A stretch of DNA of 64,000 nucleotides from Gammaproteobacteria bacterium (GCA_047601185.1 JASGJS010000001.1:1400308-1464307); one strand, 5' to 3'; counted from the first letter of the stretch, positions 10,408 through 21,229 are shown. Notes: generated from the letters alone by a model not told the origin. Made by a program: numbers and translations.

Positions 10408-11652
10408 TTATTCACCTTCATCCGGTTTGATTTTTTTCTTTTTCCCAGAAGCATGACGTGCACGCAATTCAATATCAATATATTTATCAGTAATGGCACT
10501 GGACCCATGCCCTGCATCATCCCGCACATGTTCCCGCGGACGGTGTTTGACATCATCTGAAATGCCGGTATGTCTTAACCAATGCACAGTAGCGGCTTTA
10601 AGTTGTTCGGCTTCTTCTGTAAATTTATCCAGCTCCAATCGCACCACCGCAGCGTCAAAACATTGTTGCACAATCAGGCGAATTTGACGGGTGCTGTTAA
10701 TAGGCCCTTGACCACGTATTTTGGGAATCAGTGGGGTATTTTCGCCTAAATAGGGCAGTGGGGTTAAATTTAAACTCTGCCGATAACGTTTTAAGGCATT
10801 GAGCATGGCATCGCTGACGGTGATAATCCGTTGTTTATTACCTTTACCCACTGTCGTGAACCACCAGTTATTGTCTTGATCTTTGTGAAAATGCCCCATT
10901 TGTGGTTCCCAGCGGGCATTGGCGGCTAATTCCGAAATCCGTAAATACATGCCGTACAAGGCATTCATGATGAATAAAGCCCGCTCTCCTTCAGAATTTT
11001 GATCAGCCGAGCCCTCCGCTGTTTCAATCACATAAGCCCACTGGGTTTCACTCAAACGCCGAATGACTTGTCCACTTTGATATTTCCGCAGAAATTTGCT
11101 TTTTTGACGAATTTGCGCAACGGGATTAATTTCCACCACTTCTTCTTGGATTAAGTAGCTGAAAAAACTCCCAATCACCGCAAATATGGCTTGCAAAGCT
11201 TTTTGTGATAAACTATATTTTTTGGGATCTGGAACTTCCCCCTGGCTGTGTGCTATTTTACCAATGGTTGCCACAAAAGGCCGCCAGGCGGGGTTCACCT
11301 GTCGACTGCCATTCTGCTCGATAAAGCGCGCTACATTTTTAGTGCCAATCCAACTGAGTGGGGGCTTTTGACAAAATTCTATAAAGGCTTCAATGTCAGT
11401 GCGTCTTAGCTGAGTGAGGGTTTTATGTGCCACCCACCAGCTCCATTGTAGTAAGCGCTCGAGTTCGCGGCGGTAAGCGTTGAAGGTCGCTTCACTCCCC
11501 CGGTAAGCTTTTAAAAATTGCATCGCGTGGAAATAATCTTTTTGAACATCCAGCGTAATCGGCAATGACAGAGTATTTTGTAGATGATTGAGTGTATCGA
11601 AGATGGGGATAGGATGCTGCAGTTTAGGCTTTTCGACGCAGGCTGTTTCCAT
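10408..11652 (-). CDS. Tyrosine recombinase/integrase (standalone)
   Basis: LRISEL, GKGNKQR, HWLRHT, AGH and catalytic Y (TDKY). Confidence 0.9.
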   Translation of the reverse strand: METACVEKPKLQHPIPIFDTLNHLQNTLSLPITLDVQKDYFHAMQFLKAYRGSEATFNAYRRELERLLQWSWWVAHKTLTQLRRTDIEAFIEFCQKPPLSWIGTKNVARFIEQNGSRQVNPAWRPFVATIGKIAHSQGEVPDPKKYSLSQKALQAIFAVIGSFFSYLIQEEVVEINPVAQIRQKSKFLRKYQSGQVIRRLSETQWAYVIETAEGSADQNSEGERALFIMNALYGMYLRISELAANARWEPQMGHFHKDQDNNWWFTTVGKGNKQRIITVSDAMLNALKRYRQSLNLTPLPYLGENTPLIPKIRGQGPINSTRQIRLIVQQCFDAAVVRLELDKFTEEAEQLKAATVHWLRHTGISDDVKHRPREHVRDDAGHGSSAITDKYIDIELRARHASGKKKKIKPDEGE

Positions 11653-11675
11653 AAGTTAATCCATGAAGAAGGTGA

Positions 11676-12632
11676 ATGATGTTAATGAATACTATTTTGC
11701 AGGCCATTGGTCGTACGCCTACGGTTAAATTAAATCGTATTGGCAACACCTTGCCTTGCGAGCTTTATGTAAAATGTGAATTTCTCAATCCCGGTGGCTC
11801 TGTTAAAGATAGAATAGGCTACCATATGTTGGAGCAAGCTGAAAAGCGCGGGCAAATTAAGCCAGGCGACACCCTCATTGAAGCCACTTCGGGTAATACC
11901 GGCATCGCGATTGCTTTAGCCGCTGCTGTCAAAGGTTACCCTTTGATTATCACCATGCCGGAAAAAATGAGCCATGAAAAGCAGGTGGTGTTAGAAGCGT
12001 TAGGTGCGAAAATTTACCGTACCCCCACAGAAGCCGCTTGGGATTCACCCGACAGTCACATTTCATTAGCCAAACGCTTGCAACAAGAAATTCCCAACTC
12101 GCATATTTTAGATCAATATAATAATTTTGATAATATCGATGCCCATTATCAATTTACCGCCGAAGAAATTTTAGAAGATATGCAGGGCAAATTAGATATG
12201 GTGGTGATTGCGGCAGGAACGGGTGGCACCATTACTGGAGTCGCCAAACGGCTGAAAGAAGTGTTGCCGAACATTCAAGTGATTGGCGTAGATCCAATTG
12301 GTTCGATTTTAGGGGGTGGCACGGAAATTAAATCCTATTTAGTGGAAGGAATAGGCTATGATTTTATCCCTAAAGTCTTAGACAATAGCCTAATCGACCG
12401 TTATATTAAAATTAATGACAAAGATTCGTTTTTAATGGCCAGACGGTTAATTCGCGAAGAAGGTTTATTGGTGGGCGGTTCGTCGGGGAGTGCTGTTTGG
12501 GCAATGCTAGAAGCAGCAAAATCTCTATCGGCAGGACAACGGTGCTTAACCATTTTACCGGATTCAATTCGTAATTATTTAACCAAATTTGCCGATGATC
12601 GGTGGATGAAGGAACATGGGTTTGGGGAATGA
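11676..12632 (+). CDS. Cystathionine beta-synthase / PLP-dependent cysteine synthase family
   Basis: [30 protein letters not shown] and [12 protein letters not shown] motifs. Confidence 0.9.
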   Translation: MMLMNTILQAIGRTPTVKLNRIGNTLPCELYVKCEFLNPGGSVKDRIGYHMLEQAEKRGQIKPGDTLIEATSGNTGIAIALAAAVKGYPLIITMPEKMSHEKQVVLEALGAKIYRTPTEAAWDSPDSHISLAKRLQQEIPNSHILDQYNNFDNIDAHYQFTAEEILEDMQGKLDMVVIAAGTGGTITGVAKRLKEVLPNIQVIGVDPIGSILGGGTEIKSYLVEGIGYDFIPKVLDNSLIDRYIKINDKDSFLMARRLIREEGLLVGGSSGSAVWAMLEAAKSLSAGQRCLTILPDSIRNYLTKFADDRWMKEHGFGE

Positions 12633-12805
12633 AAAGCAGCGGGCTAGCAGCCCGCGCTCCTAAACTCAAGCCATAAATGTGAATGTAGCAGACCCATCTA
12701 AGTCGAGATAGCTTGTTTAAAAAGACAAGCAAAGGCTTTAAGATGAGGAACTCTCATCCTCAAATAGTGGCTGGAGCCTGGGAGCGCGGGCTGCTAGCCC
12801 GCTTT
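12632..12805. repeat. REPIN of the RAYT family between the CBS and CGL genes
   Basis: REP at 12632-12660 and inverted REP at 12781-12805. Confidence 0.9.
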
Positions 12806-12829
12806 CTTAAAACAGGATTACAACATTAC

Positions 12830-13981
12830 ATGACAAATAATGCTAATTTAAAACTTTCTACGCGGGTGATTCACGGTGGGCAATCCCCCGACCCCTCCAC
12901 CGGCGCCGTGATGGTGCCGATCTATGCTACTTCTACCTATGTGCAAGAAAGCCCCGGCGTGCATCAAGGCTATGATTATTCTCGTGCTGGCAATCCAACC
13001 CGTGCGGCGTTAGAAGCGTGCCTCGCCAATCTGGAATCTGGCACCCACGGCTTTGCGTTTGCTTCAGGCATGGCCGCTGTTGCAACGGTTTTAGAATTAT
13101 TGCAAGCGGGTGATCACATTATCGTCACCAATAATGTCTATGGCGGAACCTACCGTTTATTTGAGCACGTGCGCAAACGCTCTGCGGGTTTGCAATTTAC
13201 TTTTATGGATTTTACCGATCTGCAGGCTTTAGAAGCTGCTATTTTGCCAAACACGCGCATGATTTGGTTGGAAACGCCGACCAACCCCCTGTTGAAATTA
13301 ATTGATTTAACTCAAATTGCAGCCTTTGCCAAAAAATATCAGTTGCTCTCTGTGGTGGACAATACCTTTGCGACGCCAATGGCGCAGCGACCGTTAGAAT
13401 ATGGTTTTGATCTGGTGCTCCATTCCACCACAAAATATTTAAATGGACATTCAGATGTCATTGGGGGAGCCGTCGTCGTCAATTCCCCTGAACTGGCTGA
13501 AAAAATGGCTTTCCTAACCAAATCGATTGGCGGTATTGCCAGCCCGTTTGATAGTTTTTTAACCTTACGTGGGATTAAAACGTTAGCCATTCGCATGCAG
13601 CGCCACACCCAAAGCGCTTTGATGATTGCAGAGTGGTTGCAGCATCATCCCAAAGTGGGGCAGGTCTATTATCCGGGTTTGCCCAATTCGCCACAATATC
13701 CCTTGGCGCAGCGTCAAATGGCTTATTTTGGCGGGATGATTAGCTTTACCTATCAAGGCGATGATGCTTTAGCGATGTTGTCACGCTGCCAGATTTTTAC
13801 GCTGGCAGAAAGTTTGGGTGGGGTGGAGAGTTTAATTTCACACCCAGCCACCATGACGCACGCTTCCATCCCACCCGAAACGCGGCAGGCCTTTGGTATT
13901 ACCGATCATTTGATAAGATTGTCAGTGGGACTTGAAGATTGTGAAGATTTGATCCAAGATTTAAAGAGTGCTTTAAGCTAA
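12830..13981 (+). CDS. Cystathionine gamma-lyase/synthase (trans-sulfuration PLP enzyme)
   Basis: YSRAGNPTR, ETPTNP, HSTTKYLNGHSD and AESLGGVES motifs. Start moved to ATG 12830 (CAGGA RBS) because the 12713 start lies inside the REPIN. Confidence 0.92.
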   Translation: MTNNANLKLSTRVIHGGQSPDPSTGAVMVPIYATSTYVQESPGVHQGYDYSRAGNPTRAALEACLANLESGTHGFAFASGMAAVATVLELLQAGDHIIVTNNVYGGTYRLFEHVRKRSAGLQFTFMDFTDLQALEAAILPNTRMIWLETPTNPLLKLIDLTQIAAFAKKYQLLSVVDNTFATPMAQRPLEYGFDLVLHSTTKYLNGHSDVIGGAVVVNSPELAEKMAFLTKSIGGIASPFDSFLTLRGIKTLAIRMQRHTQSALMIAEWLQHHPKVGQVYYPGLPNSPQYPLAQRQMAYFGGMISFTYQGDDALAMLSRCQIFTLAESLGGVESLISHPATMTHASIPPETRQAFGITDHLIRLSVGLEDCEDLIQDLKSALS

Positions 13982-14009
13982 TCAAAGCACTTAAGTAAGG
14001 TTTGGCACA

Positions 14010-14144
14010 AGCCTTTAGAGCCTGAGGTGTGCTGGTATTGGATGAGAAGGTCTCTATAAACAAGGATGTTTATAGGAAGCCTACAGGGAAGTATTTACGG
14101 CGTCCTGATCAGACAATACCAGCACACCTCAGGCTCTAAAGGCT
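14010..14144. repeat. MITE-like element with 31-bp perfect terminal inverted repeats
   Basis: AGCCTTTAGAGCCTGAGGTGTGCTGGTATTG at 14010-14040 and its reverse complement at 14114-14144; core CTACAGGGAAGTATTT resembles sequence near 41110. Confidence 0.75.
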
Positions 14145-14192
14145 AAAGTAGTTTACAAATAAATAACATATTGATTTTATAGAGGACTCATT

Positions 14193-15617
14193 GTGAACGT
14201 AACAGAATTAGGAAGTATCCGGCATATCCATTTTGTTGGCATTGGAGGCGCAGGGATGAGTGGAATTGCGGAAGTTCTGCTCCGACAAAATTATCAAGTG
14301 ACGGGTTCAGACATAGCCCAAAACGCTGTCGTCCAGCATCTGATGGGCTTGGGCGCCACCATCAGCTTAGAACATCAAGCTGAAAATATTGTCGGCGCTG
14401 ACGTCATCGTGACCTCTAGCATTATCTCGCCAGATAATCCTGAAGTGGTCGCTGCGCGCGCTGCCCAGATTCCTGTCATCCATCGGGCTCAAATGCTGGC
14501 CATGCTGATGCAGAATAAAAACGGCATCGCGATTGCGGGCACCCACGGGAAAACCACCACCACCAGTTTAGCGGCCAGTATGCTCGCAGAAGGCGGCATG
14601 GACCCCACCTTTGTGATCGGTGGCATCTTAAAAAGCGCCGGCGCCAATGCGCATTTGGGCCAAAGCGATTATTTTGTCGCTGAAGCGGATGAAAGTGATG
14701 CATCGTTCTTGTATTTACATCCCAAAATCATCATCGTCACTAACATTGATGCCGATCATTTAGGTACTTATGGCGGAGATTTTAATAAACTGTGTGATGC
14801 ATTCGTGGATTTTATCCAACAATTGCCGACAGATGGATTAGCAGTTCTCTGCCTGGACGATCCTATTGTTCGCCAAATGATTCCGCGCATCACCCGACCC
14901 ATCGTGACGTATGGTTTTGATACAGCAGCAGATTTGCGCATTATTAATTTCCGTCCCGACGGATTTCAAACGCATTTCACTGTTCATCAAACCATCAATG
15001 GTCAAGAATTAAACTTAACTTTGAATTTACCTGGCACTCATAATGTGTTAAATGCCACTGCTGCTTGTGCTGTGGCCATGCATATTAATGTGCCGCATGT
15101 CAGCATCCAACAAGCCCTGCAAAAATTCGCGGGCGTGGCGCGCAGAATGCAGATTTACGGCGAATTTGAAACCACCAAAGGGAAAATTTTATTGATTGAT
15201 GACTACGGACATCATCCTCGTGAAATTAAAGCCACTTGGTCTGCGATTCGTCAAGCTTGGCCAGATCGTCGATTGGTGGTCATTTATCAACCGCATCGTT
15301 ACACGCGTACCCAAGATTTATTTGAGGAATTTGTGGCGGTATTATCCGAAGAAGCTGATCAGCTGATTTTATTAGATGTGTATGCGGCAGGAGAGCAGCC
15401 AATTATCGGTGCTGATGGATTATCTTTATTCCAAGCCGTGGAGCAGCGTGCTAAACCTCAGCATGCGGTTTTTGTGCCGCAGTTAAGCCTTTTACCGAAA
15501 GTCCTACAAGAAGTTTTGGATGAAGGCGATATTGTCCTTACGCAAGGCGCGGGTAATGTTGGCACTGTAGCGCCGCGACTAGCCACCAATGGTTTCCATG
15601 CTTGGGAACAAGCTTAA
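14193..15617 (+). CDS. murC: UDP-N-acetylmuramate--L-alanine ligase
   Basis: GIGGAGMSGIA, GTHGKTTTT, EADESD, DDYGHHP and QPHRY motifs. Confidence 0.97.
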   Translation: MNVTELGSIRHIHFVGIGGAGMSGIAEVLLRQNYQVTGSDIAQNAVVQHLMGLGATISLEHQAENIVGADVIVTSSIISPDNPEVVAARAAQIPVIHRAQMLAMLMQNKNGIAIAGTHGKTTTTSLAASMLAEGGMDPTFVIGGILKSAGANAHLGQSDYFVAEADESDASFLYLHPKIIIVTNIDADHLGTYGGDFNKLCDAFVDFIQQLPTDGLAVLCLDDPIVRQMIPRITRPIVTYGFDTAADLRIINFRPDGFQTHFTVHQTINGQELNLTLNLPGTHNVLNATAACAVAMHINVPHVSIQQALQKFAGVARRMQIYGEFETTKGKILLIDDYGHHPREIKATWSAIRQAWPDRRLVVIYQPHRYTRTQDLFEEFVAVLSEEADQLILLDVYAAGEQPIIGADGLSLFQAVEQRAKPQHAVFVPQLSLLPKVLQEVLDEGDIVLTQGAGNVGTVAPRLATNGFHAWEQA

Positions 15618-15666
15618 GTTGCGTTCGTAATTGACTCAGGTATATACTCTAAACAGAATTAATACA

Positions 15667-15757
15667 GGAGAGATGGCTGAGCGGTTGAAAGCGGCGGTCT
15701 TGAAAACCGTTGAGGGGCAACCCCCCTCCCAGGGTTCGAATCCCTGTCTCTCCGCCA
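15667..15757 (+). tRNA. tRNA-Ser(TGA)
   Basis: GGAGAGA/TCTCTCC acceptor stem, TGA anticodon, long variable arm, TTCGAA and CCA. Confidence 0.96.
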
Positions 15758-15786
15758 TTCGTAGTTGCTATTGACGAGGAGCTAAC

Positions 15787-16425
15787 TTGCAACCCGATAT
15801 TCGCGTGTTGATTGTAGACGATCATGAACTAGTACGCGCAGGCATCGTGCGTAATCTGGCCAGCACCACTTATCTTAAGGTGGTTGGAGAAGCCAGTTCT
15901 GGTGCAGAAGCGATTCAATTAGCGGCCGAATTAAAACCGGATGTGATTCTGCTCGATTATAAAATGCCTGATATGAATGGCATGCAGGCTTCCAAAGAGC
16001 TTCTCAAACACGATCCCCAACTCAAAATCTTAATTGTCAGTGTGTTAGTCGATGAATTGCTATTACCCAAATTATTTAAGATCGGTATTGCAGGTTTTTA
16101 CAGCAAAAATAGTGATCACGAGGAAATGCTGAAAGCCATCAATCAAGTGGCTGCGGGTCATCGTTACATCAGTCGGATTTTCACGCAACAGCTCATGCAG
16201 AAAAATATTGATCATGAGACGTTTGTGTTTGATTCGTTGTCTGAACGAGAATTTCAAGTCATATTAATGTTGTTAGATGGTCATACCATTGCCGAAGTTT
16301 CGGAGAGATTAGATATTGACCGCAAAACCATTAATAGTTATCGCAGTCGGGCTTTCCATAAATTAAATGTTAAAAATGATGTGGAGCTGACGTTATTAGC
16401 AATGCGGCAGAGTTTAATATCTTAG
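15787..16425 (+). CDS. uvrY: NarL/LuxR-family response regulator (UvrY/GacA/LetA)
   Basis: REC plus LuxR HTH (LSEREFQV); conserved position upstream of uvrC-pgsA-tRNA-Gly. Confidence 0.8.
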   Translation: MQPDIRVLIVDDHELVRAGIVRNLASTTYLKVVGEASSGAEAIQLAAELKPDVILLDYKMPDMNGMQASKELLKHDPQLKILIVSVLVDELLLPKLFKIGIAGFYSKNSDHEEMLKAINQVAAGHRYISRIFTQQLMQKNIDHETFVFDSLSEREFQVILMLLDGHTIAEVSERLDIDRKTINSYRSRAFHKLNVKNDVELTLLAMRQSLIS

Positions 16426-16482
16426 ATTTAGGATTTGTATCCACTCAGCACATCCTAAGAGAAGCTTGAATTTAAAATGGGC

Positions 16483-16588
16483 AGGAGGCGTCGTCCTCGC
16501 ATGGATGCGGGGATCCAGATTACAAGGAAGTAAAGTTTTGCTTCCCTGCAGACTGGATCCCGGCATCCATGCCGGGACGACGCCTCCT
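16483..16588. repeat. Inverted doublet of GTCGTCCCGGCATGGATGCCGGGATCCAG palindromes (REPIN-like, family 3)
   Basis: Arms pair from 16483 to 16588; weaker outer pairing extends to about 16444-16615. Confidence 0.75.
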
Positions 16589-16691
16589 CTTGAGTGCCTC
16601 TTTAGGAGCACTGAGCTTGTCTTAGAAAGTGCTGAATGAAGTACACTGAATCTACAGGCAGTGCAGTAAATCAAGCTTTCCCAAATACAAT

Positions 16692-18503
16692 ATGTTCGAC
16701 TCTAAAACTTTTCTATCCAACTTAACCACCTTACCTGGCGTCTATCAAATGTTAGACGACAAAAGTCAGGTGATTTATGTCGGTAAAGCCCGCAATCTCA
16801 AAGACAGGGTCAGCAGTTATTTTCGCTCAAATATTCAGCATCCCAAAACCCTCAGCTTAGTCCAACAAATTTCTGCCATCACGGTCACAATCACAGAAAC
16901 CGAAAACGAAGCTTTATTATTAGAAAGCAACCTCATCAAACAACTCAGGCCGCGTTATAATATTTTGCTGCGCGATGATAAATCCTTCCCGTATTTATTT
17001 CTTTCCCAAGAAGTTTTCCCGCGACTGACATTCCACCGCGGTGCTAAACGCGAAAAAGGCGAATATTACGGACCTTACCCCAGCGCAGGCGCCGTCCACG
17101 AAACCTTAGATTTACTGCAAAAACTATTCAAATTGCGACAATGTAGTAAACATTTTTTCAATAGCCGTACCCGTCCTTGTTTGCAATATCAAATTAAACG
17201 TTGCACAGCGCCTTGTGTGGGATACGTCGATGAATCCCATTATCAAGAGCAAGTGCAACACACGCGCTTATTTTTGCAAGGAAAAAACGAAGCGGTGTTG
17301 AAAGATTTAGCCAACAAAATGGAGGCAGCGGCGGCGGCTTTTCACTATGAAGAAGCTGGGCGTTATCGTGATCAAATTAACACTTTGCGAAAGATTGCTG
17401 AACAACAACATATCCATTCGCAGGCGGGTGACGCAGATGCCGTAGCGGTGATGAATTGTGGCAATGCAGTTTGTATCACAGTCGTATATATTAGAGCGGG
17501 GAGAGTATTGGGCAGCAAAGCGTATTTTCCGAAAACTCCTCCGAACAGCACAGAAGAAGAAGTGTTAACCAGTTTTTTGCCGCAATATTATTTAAGCGCG
17601 CAGCGTGGGGAAACCTTTCCTGATCGCATTTTAGTGGATCGACCTTTAGCAGAAGGTGGGTGGATTGCCCAAGCTTTATCGGAACGCTGGCAAAAAAAGG
17701 TCGTGATTACCCAACCTCAGCGCGGTCAAGGCGTGCAGTGGTTAAAAATGGCTGCCCTCAATACCCAACATGCCTTAGCCAGCCATATTGGCCAACAGCT
17801 TAATTACTATCAATGGCTGGAGACTTTTCAAAAAACCTTTGGGTTGCCAAACTTGCCACAGCGTCTGGAATGCTTTGATATTAGCCATACGTTGGGAGAA
17901 GCCACTGTCGCCTCTTGTGTGGTATTTGGTTTGGAAGGGCCGATTAAGAGCGATTATCGCCGCTTTAATATTACCGATATTACGCCGGGTGACGATTACG
18001 CCGCGATGGAACAAGCCTTAACCCGGCGCTATGTCCGGTTAAAAGCCAATGATGGTCCTTTGCCGGATGTGTTATTCATTGATGGAGGGAAGGGTCAGCT
18101 CGCTAAAGCCAGTGCGGTTTTAGAAGAACTGCAAATCGTCGGGGTTATTCTGATGGGCGTGGCTAAAGGCGAGGGACGCAAACCGGGCCTAGAAACGATT
18201 TTTATGCAGGGAACGCAAAAGCCCTGGCACTTATCGCCCGATTCGATGGCGTTACATCTGATCCAGCGGATTCGAGACGAGGCGCATCGTTTTGCGATCC
18301 AAAGTCACAGACAACAGCGGGCTAAAGCACGCAAGCAATCACCGTTAGAACAGATTCCTGGGGTAGGGGCCAATCGCCGCCGTGAACTTTTGAAACATTT
18401 TGGTGGCCTGCAAGGGGTGTTACGTGCTAGTGTAGCAGAATTGGCTAAAGTGCAAGGTATCCATACCGATTTAGCCCAACGCATTTATGATCATTTGCAT
18501 TAA
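16692..18503 (+). CDS. uvrC: Excinuclease ABC subunit C
   Basis: GIY-YIG (GVYQM, YVGKA), ECFDISH, IDGGKGQ, RDEAHRFA and HhH motifs. Confidence 0.97.
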   Translation: MFDSKTFLSNLTTLPGVYQMLDDKSQVIYVGKARNLKDRVSSYFRSNIQHPKTLSLVQQISAITVTITETENEALLLESNLIKQLRPRYNILLRDDKSFPYLFLSQEVFPRLTFHRGAKREKGEYYGPYPSAGAVHETLDLLQKLFKLRQCSKHFFNSRTRPCLQYQIKRCTAPCVGYVDESHYQEQVQHTRLFLQGKNEAVLKDLANKMEAAAAAFHYEEAGRYRDQINTLRKIAEQQHIHSQAGDADAVAVMNCGNAVCITVVYIRAGRVLGSKAYFPKTPPNSTEEEVLTSFLPQYYLSAQRGETFPDRILVDRPLAEGGWIAQALSERWQKKVVITQPQRGQGVQWLKMAALNTQHALASHIGQQLNYYQWLETFQKTFGLPNLPQRLECFDISHTLGEATVASCVVFGLEGPIKSDYRRFNITDITPGDDYAAMEQALTRRYVRLKANDGPLPDVLFIDGGKGQLAKASAVLEELQIVGVILMGVAKGEGRKPGLETIFMQGTQKPWHLSPDSMALHLIQRIRDEAHRFAIQSHRQQRAKARKQSPLEQIPGVGANRRRELLKHFGGLQGVLRASVAELAKVQGIHTDLAQRIYDHLH

Positions 18504-18515
18504 AGTGGGTTCAAA

Positions 18516-19079
18516 ATGAGCATTCCTAACATTTTGACGATTCTACGTATTTTGCTGCTGCCCGTTTTTGTCGGGGTTTTTTATTTGCCGACAGAAACAT
18601 CTCGGTTTTTTGCGGCCCTCGTGTTCACCATCATTGCCATCACTGATTGGTTAGATGGCTATTTAGCACGGAATTTACAACAGGGTACAGAGTTTGGCAG
18701 TTTTCTAGATCCCGTTGCCGATAAATTAGCAGTAGCGGTCGCCTTAGTGTTAGTGGTAGGACAAATGGGCGTGGCTTATGTTGCGGTTCCTGCGGCCATT
18801 ATTGTTGGACGCGAAATCGTGATCTCAGCATTACGGGAATGGATGGCGGAAATCGGCAAGCGTACCAGCGTGGCGGTCAGCTGGATCGGTAAAATCAAAA
18901 CCATCGTGCAAATGCTGGCTTTAATCGCATTAATATTGTATAAACCGGGCGGATTCGTTACAATAAAAATACTCGGTTTGGTTTTTTTATATGTCGCCGT
19001 TTTTTTAACGTTATGGTCCATGATTTTATATTTAAAAGCTGCATGGCCAGACTTGACTTTATCCTTTAATAAAGAATAA
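18516..19079 (+). CDS. pgsA: CDP-diacylglycerol--glycerol-3-phosphate 3-phosphatidyltransferase
   Basis: IPNILT and DWLDGYLAR..FGSFLDPVADK motifs. Confidence 0.96.
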   Translation: MSIPNILTILRILLLPVFVGVFYLPTETSRFFAALVFTIIAITDWLDGYLARNLQQGTEFGSFLDPVADKLAVAVALVLVVGQMGVAYVAVPAAIIVGREIVISALREWMAEIGKRTSVAVSWIGKIKTIVQMLALIALILYKPGGFVTIKILGLVFLYVAVFLTLWSMILYLKAAWPDLTLSFNKE

Positions 19080-19134
19080 TATAGTCACCCTGTTAGATGC
19101 CCTTCAAGTTTTTCCTAGGGTTCCAATTCTGTAA

Positions 19135-19210
<76 letters not shown>

Positions 19211-19220
19211 AAATGGTATC

Positions 19221-20249
19221 ATGACGCTGCTTGAATTATATCAAACCAAGCTCTCCCTCGGTGAAATATCACCAGACCCTATCCAAGCTGCTTGCGTGGC
19301 TCAATTAGAACAACTGCATCAAACATTATTGCATCCTCACAAAAGAAATCTTCCCAAAGGTTTGTATTTATGGGGCAGTGTTGGCATTGGTAAAACATTT
19401 TTGATGGATTTGTTTTATCAGAGCCTACCTTTTCCTCAGAAAATAAGAATGCATTTCTATACTTTTATGAGCGAAATTCATCAAGCGTTGCATGCGCTGC
19501 AAGGCACGCGCGATCCTCTAGTTCACATTGGCAAAGCCTGGGCCAAAAAATATCAAGTCATCTGTTTTGATGAGCTCATCGTCACAGATATTGCGGATGC
19601 GATGGTGCTGGGTGGATTATTCGAAGCATTTTTTCATGCGGGGATTTGCTTGGTATTCACGACTAATGTGCCACCTGATGATTTATATAAAAATGGGATA
19701 CAACGCTCACGATTTTTGCCGGCAATTGCGGCGTTAAAAAAACATACCGAAGTGATTCATTTAATGTCACAACAAGATTATCGCGCGATCGCACTTCAGA
19801 AATCTCAGCAAGCGTATTATTGGTATCCCGTCTCAGTTACTTCAGAAGCGGCTTTAGAGGCTTATTTTCAGCAATGCTCAGAAGGAATAGAAATTTCAGG
19901 CACTTTAGAAATCGCACATCGATCGATTGTGGTTAAAAAATATGCGAATCAAGTGGCGTGGTTTGATTTTATGGCAATTTGTGGGATACCGCGCAGTTTT
20001 GAAGATTATTTAATATTAGTCCGACAATTTCCGATCATTATTGTGAGCAACTTACGCACAATCACCGAACAAGAACTTGATCTAGCGCGTTCATTTATTC
20101 GCTTTATTGATGTCCTGTATGACCATCAAACACGATTGATGATTTCCGCAGAAGTGCTGATTGAGCAGATTTATCCTAAAGGCAAGCTCGAGTTTGAATT
20201 CGCCCGAACCCGTTCACGGCTAAAACAAATGACACTTGCTGATAAGTGA
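19221..20249 (+). CDS. zapE: AFG1/ZapE-family ATPase
   Basis: GSVGIGKT, CFDEL, DIADAM, RFIDVLYD and RTRSRL motifs. Confidence 0.92.
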   Translation: MTLLELYQTKLSLGEISPDPIQAACVAQLEQLHQTLLHPHKRNLPKGLYLWGSVGIGKTFLMDLFYQSLPFPQKIRMHFYTFMSEIHQALHALQGTRDPLVHIGKAWAKKYQVICFDELIVTDIADAMVLGGLFEAFFHAGICLVFTTNVPPDDLYKNGIQRSRFLPAIAALKKHTEVIHLMSQQDYRAIALQKSQQAYYWYPVSVTSEAALEAYFQQCSEGIEISGTLEIAHRSIVVKKYANQVAWFDFMAICGIPRSFEDYLILVRQFPIIIVSNLRTITEQELDLARSFIRFIDVLYDHQTRLMISAEVLIEQIYPKGKLEFEFARTRSRLKQMTLADK

Positions 20250-20269
20250 AGTCGAGCTGAGAGCTTAAT

Positions 20270-20338
20270 GGAGCGCGGGCAGCTTGCCCGCTGCTTTTCA
20301 AAAATAGCTAAAAGCAGCGGGCAAGCTGCCCGCGCTCC
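20270..20338. repeat. Closely spaced REP variant doublet in the opposite arrangement; probable bidirectional terminator
   Basis: GGAGCGCGGGCAGCTTGCCCGCTGCTTTT at 20270-20298 and its reverse complement at 20310-20338, between convergent zapE and holB. Confidence 0.85.
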
Positions 20339-20350
20339 CTAGACCCCTGC

Positions 20351-21229
20351 CTATCTAAGCGGTTGAGCGCTTACAAAACATCCCTGCCAAGCGATAAATA
20401 ATTTTTCATAAACCAACTGCATATTTAAATTAATTTTTTCTAATAAATGACGGCGCAACACCATTCCACTATCTAACAGCTTCAATAATCCTTCTGAAGA
20501 AAAATTTTGCGCTATCAAAGAATAGTGAAGTGACAAAGCAGCATGCCCCAATCGATACTGCAATAGATCCGAACACATCCGCCATAAAACGCCATAAAAC
20601 GCCTCAAATTCTTCTGGTGAATAAGCCACTGCCGCTTCAACCGGGCTCAAGGTTTTTTGCGCAACTTGTATCAAACGCGTCACATAATTTTCATGCTGTT
20701 GAAACCAAGTGCTACTGGTGGTTTGATCAGGCGGCAAAGGAAAAGAAACAATTTGACAACGACTCCGCACTGTCGCAGGCACAACATGGGTTTGATGACT
20801 CACCAGCAAAAAAATCACCGAGCCGGTAGGTTCTTCTAAAATTTTTAATAACGCATTACTCGCGGCTGCATTCATCGCTTCAGCGGGTGCAATAATTACG
20901 ACTTGATATTTACCACACTGCGCAGTTTGATTGACGTTTTGCACCAGCTCTCGAATTTGTTCCACTTTAATCATTTTCCCTTCACTTTCAGGAAAAATTT
21001 TTAAATAATCTGGATGATTATTCGTTTGCAACAGTTGACAGCTAGCGCAAGCGCCACACGCCAAATCAGCATGCTGCGCCGATTGACAGAGTAACCGCGC
21101 CGCCAAGGTTTCTGCAAACTGTTGTTTACCAATCGACTTTATGCCGGAGAGTAATAAAGCATGCGGAAATCGATCCGCTTGTAATTGTTTCATCACTTGT
21201 TGCCAAAGTGATTGTTGCCAGGGCTGCAT
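20351..21229 (-). CDS. holB: DNA polymerase III delta' subunit
   Basis: PHALLL, CGACASC, HPD, ASNALLKILEEP and TVRSRC motifs. Confidence 0.93.
   Translation of the reverse strand: MQPWQQSLWQQVMKQLQADRFPHALLLSGIKSIGKQQFAETLAARLLCQSAQHADLACGACASCQLLQTNNHPDYLKIFPESEGKMIKVEQIRELVQNVNQTAQCGKYQVVIIAPAEAMNAAASNALLKILEEPTGSVIFLLVSHQTHVVPATVRSRCQIVSFPLPPDQTTSSTWFQQHENYVTRLIQVAQKTLSPVEAAVAYSPEEFEAFYGVLWRMCSDLLQYRLGHAALSLHYSLIAQNFSSEGLLKLLDSGMVLRRHLLEKINLNMQLVYEKLFIAWQGCFVSAQPLR

Noticed and set aside
10408-11652. Integron integrase with REPINs as attC sites, or a prophage integrase
   Set aside because: No IntI-specific insertion, attC-type boxes, att repeats or phage genes seen; the repeats match the RAYT flanks.
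12713-12829. N-terminal extension of the cystathionine lyase
   Set aside because: It translates REPIN sequence; there is a better RBS and ATG at 12830.
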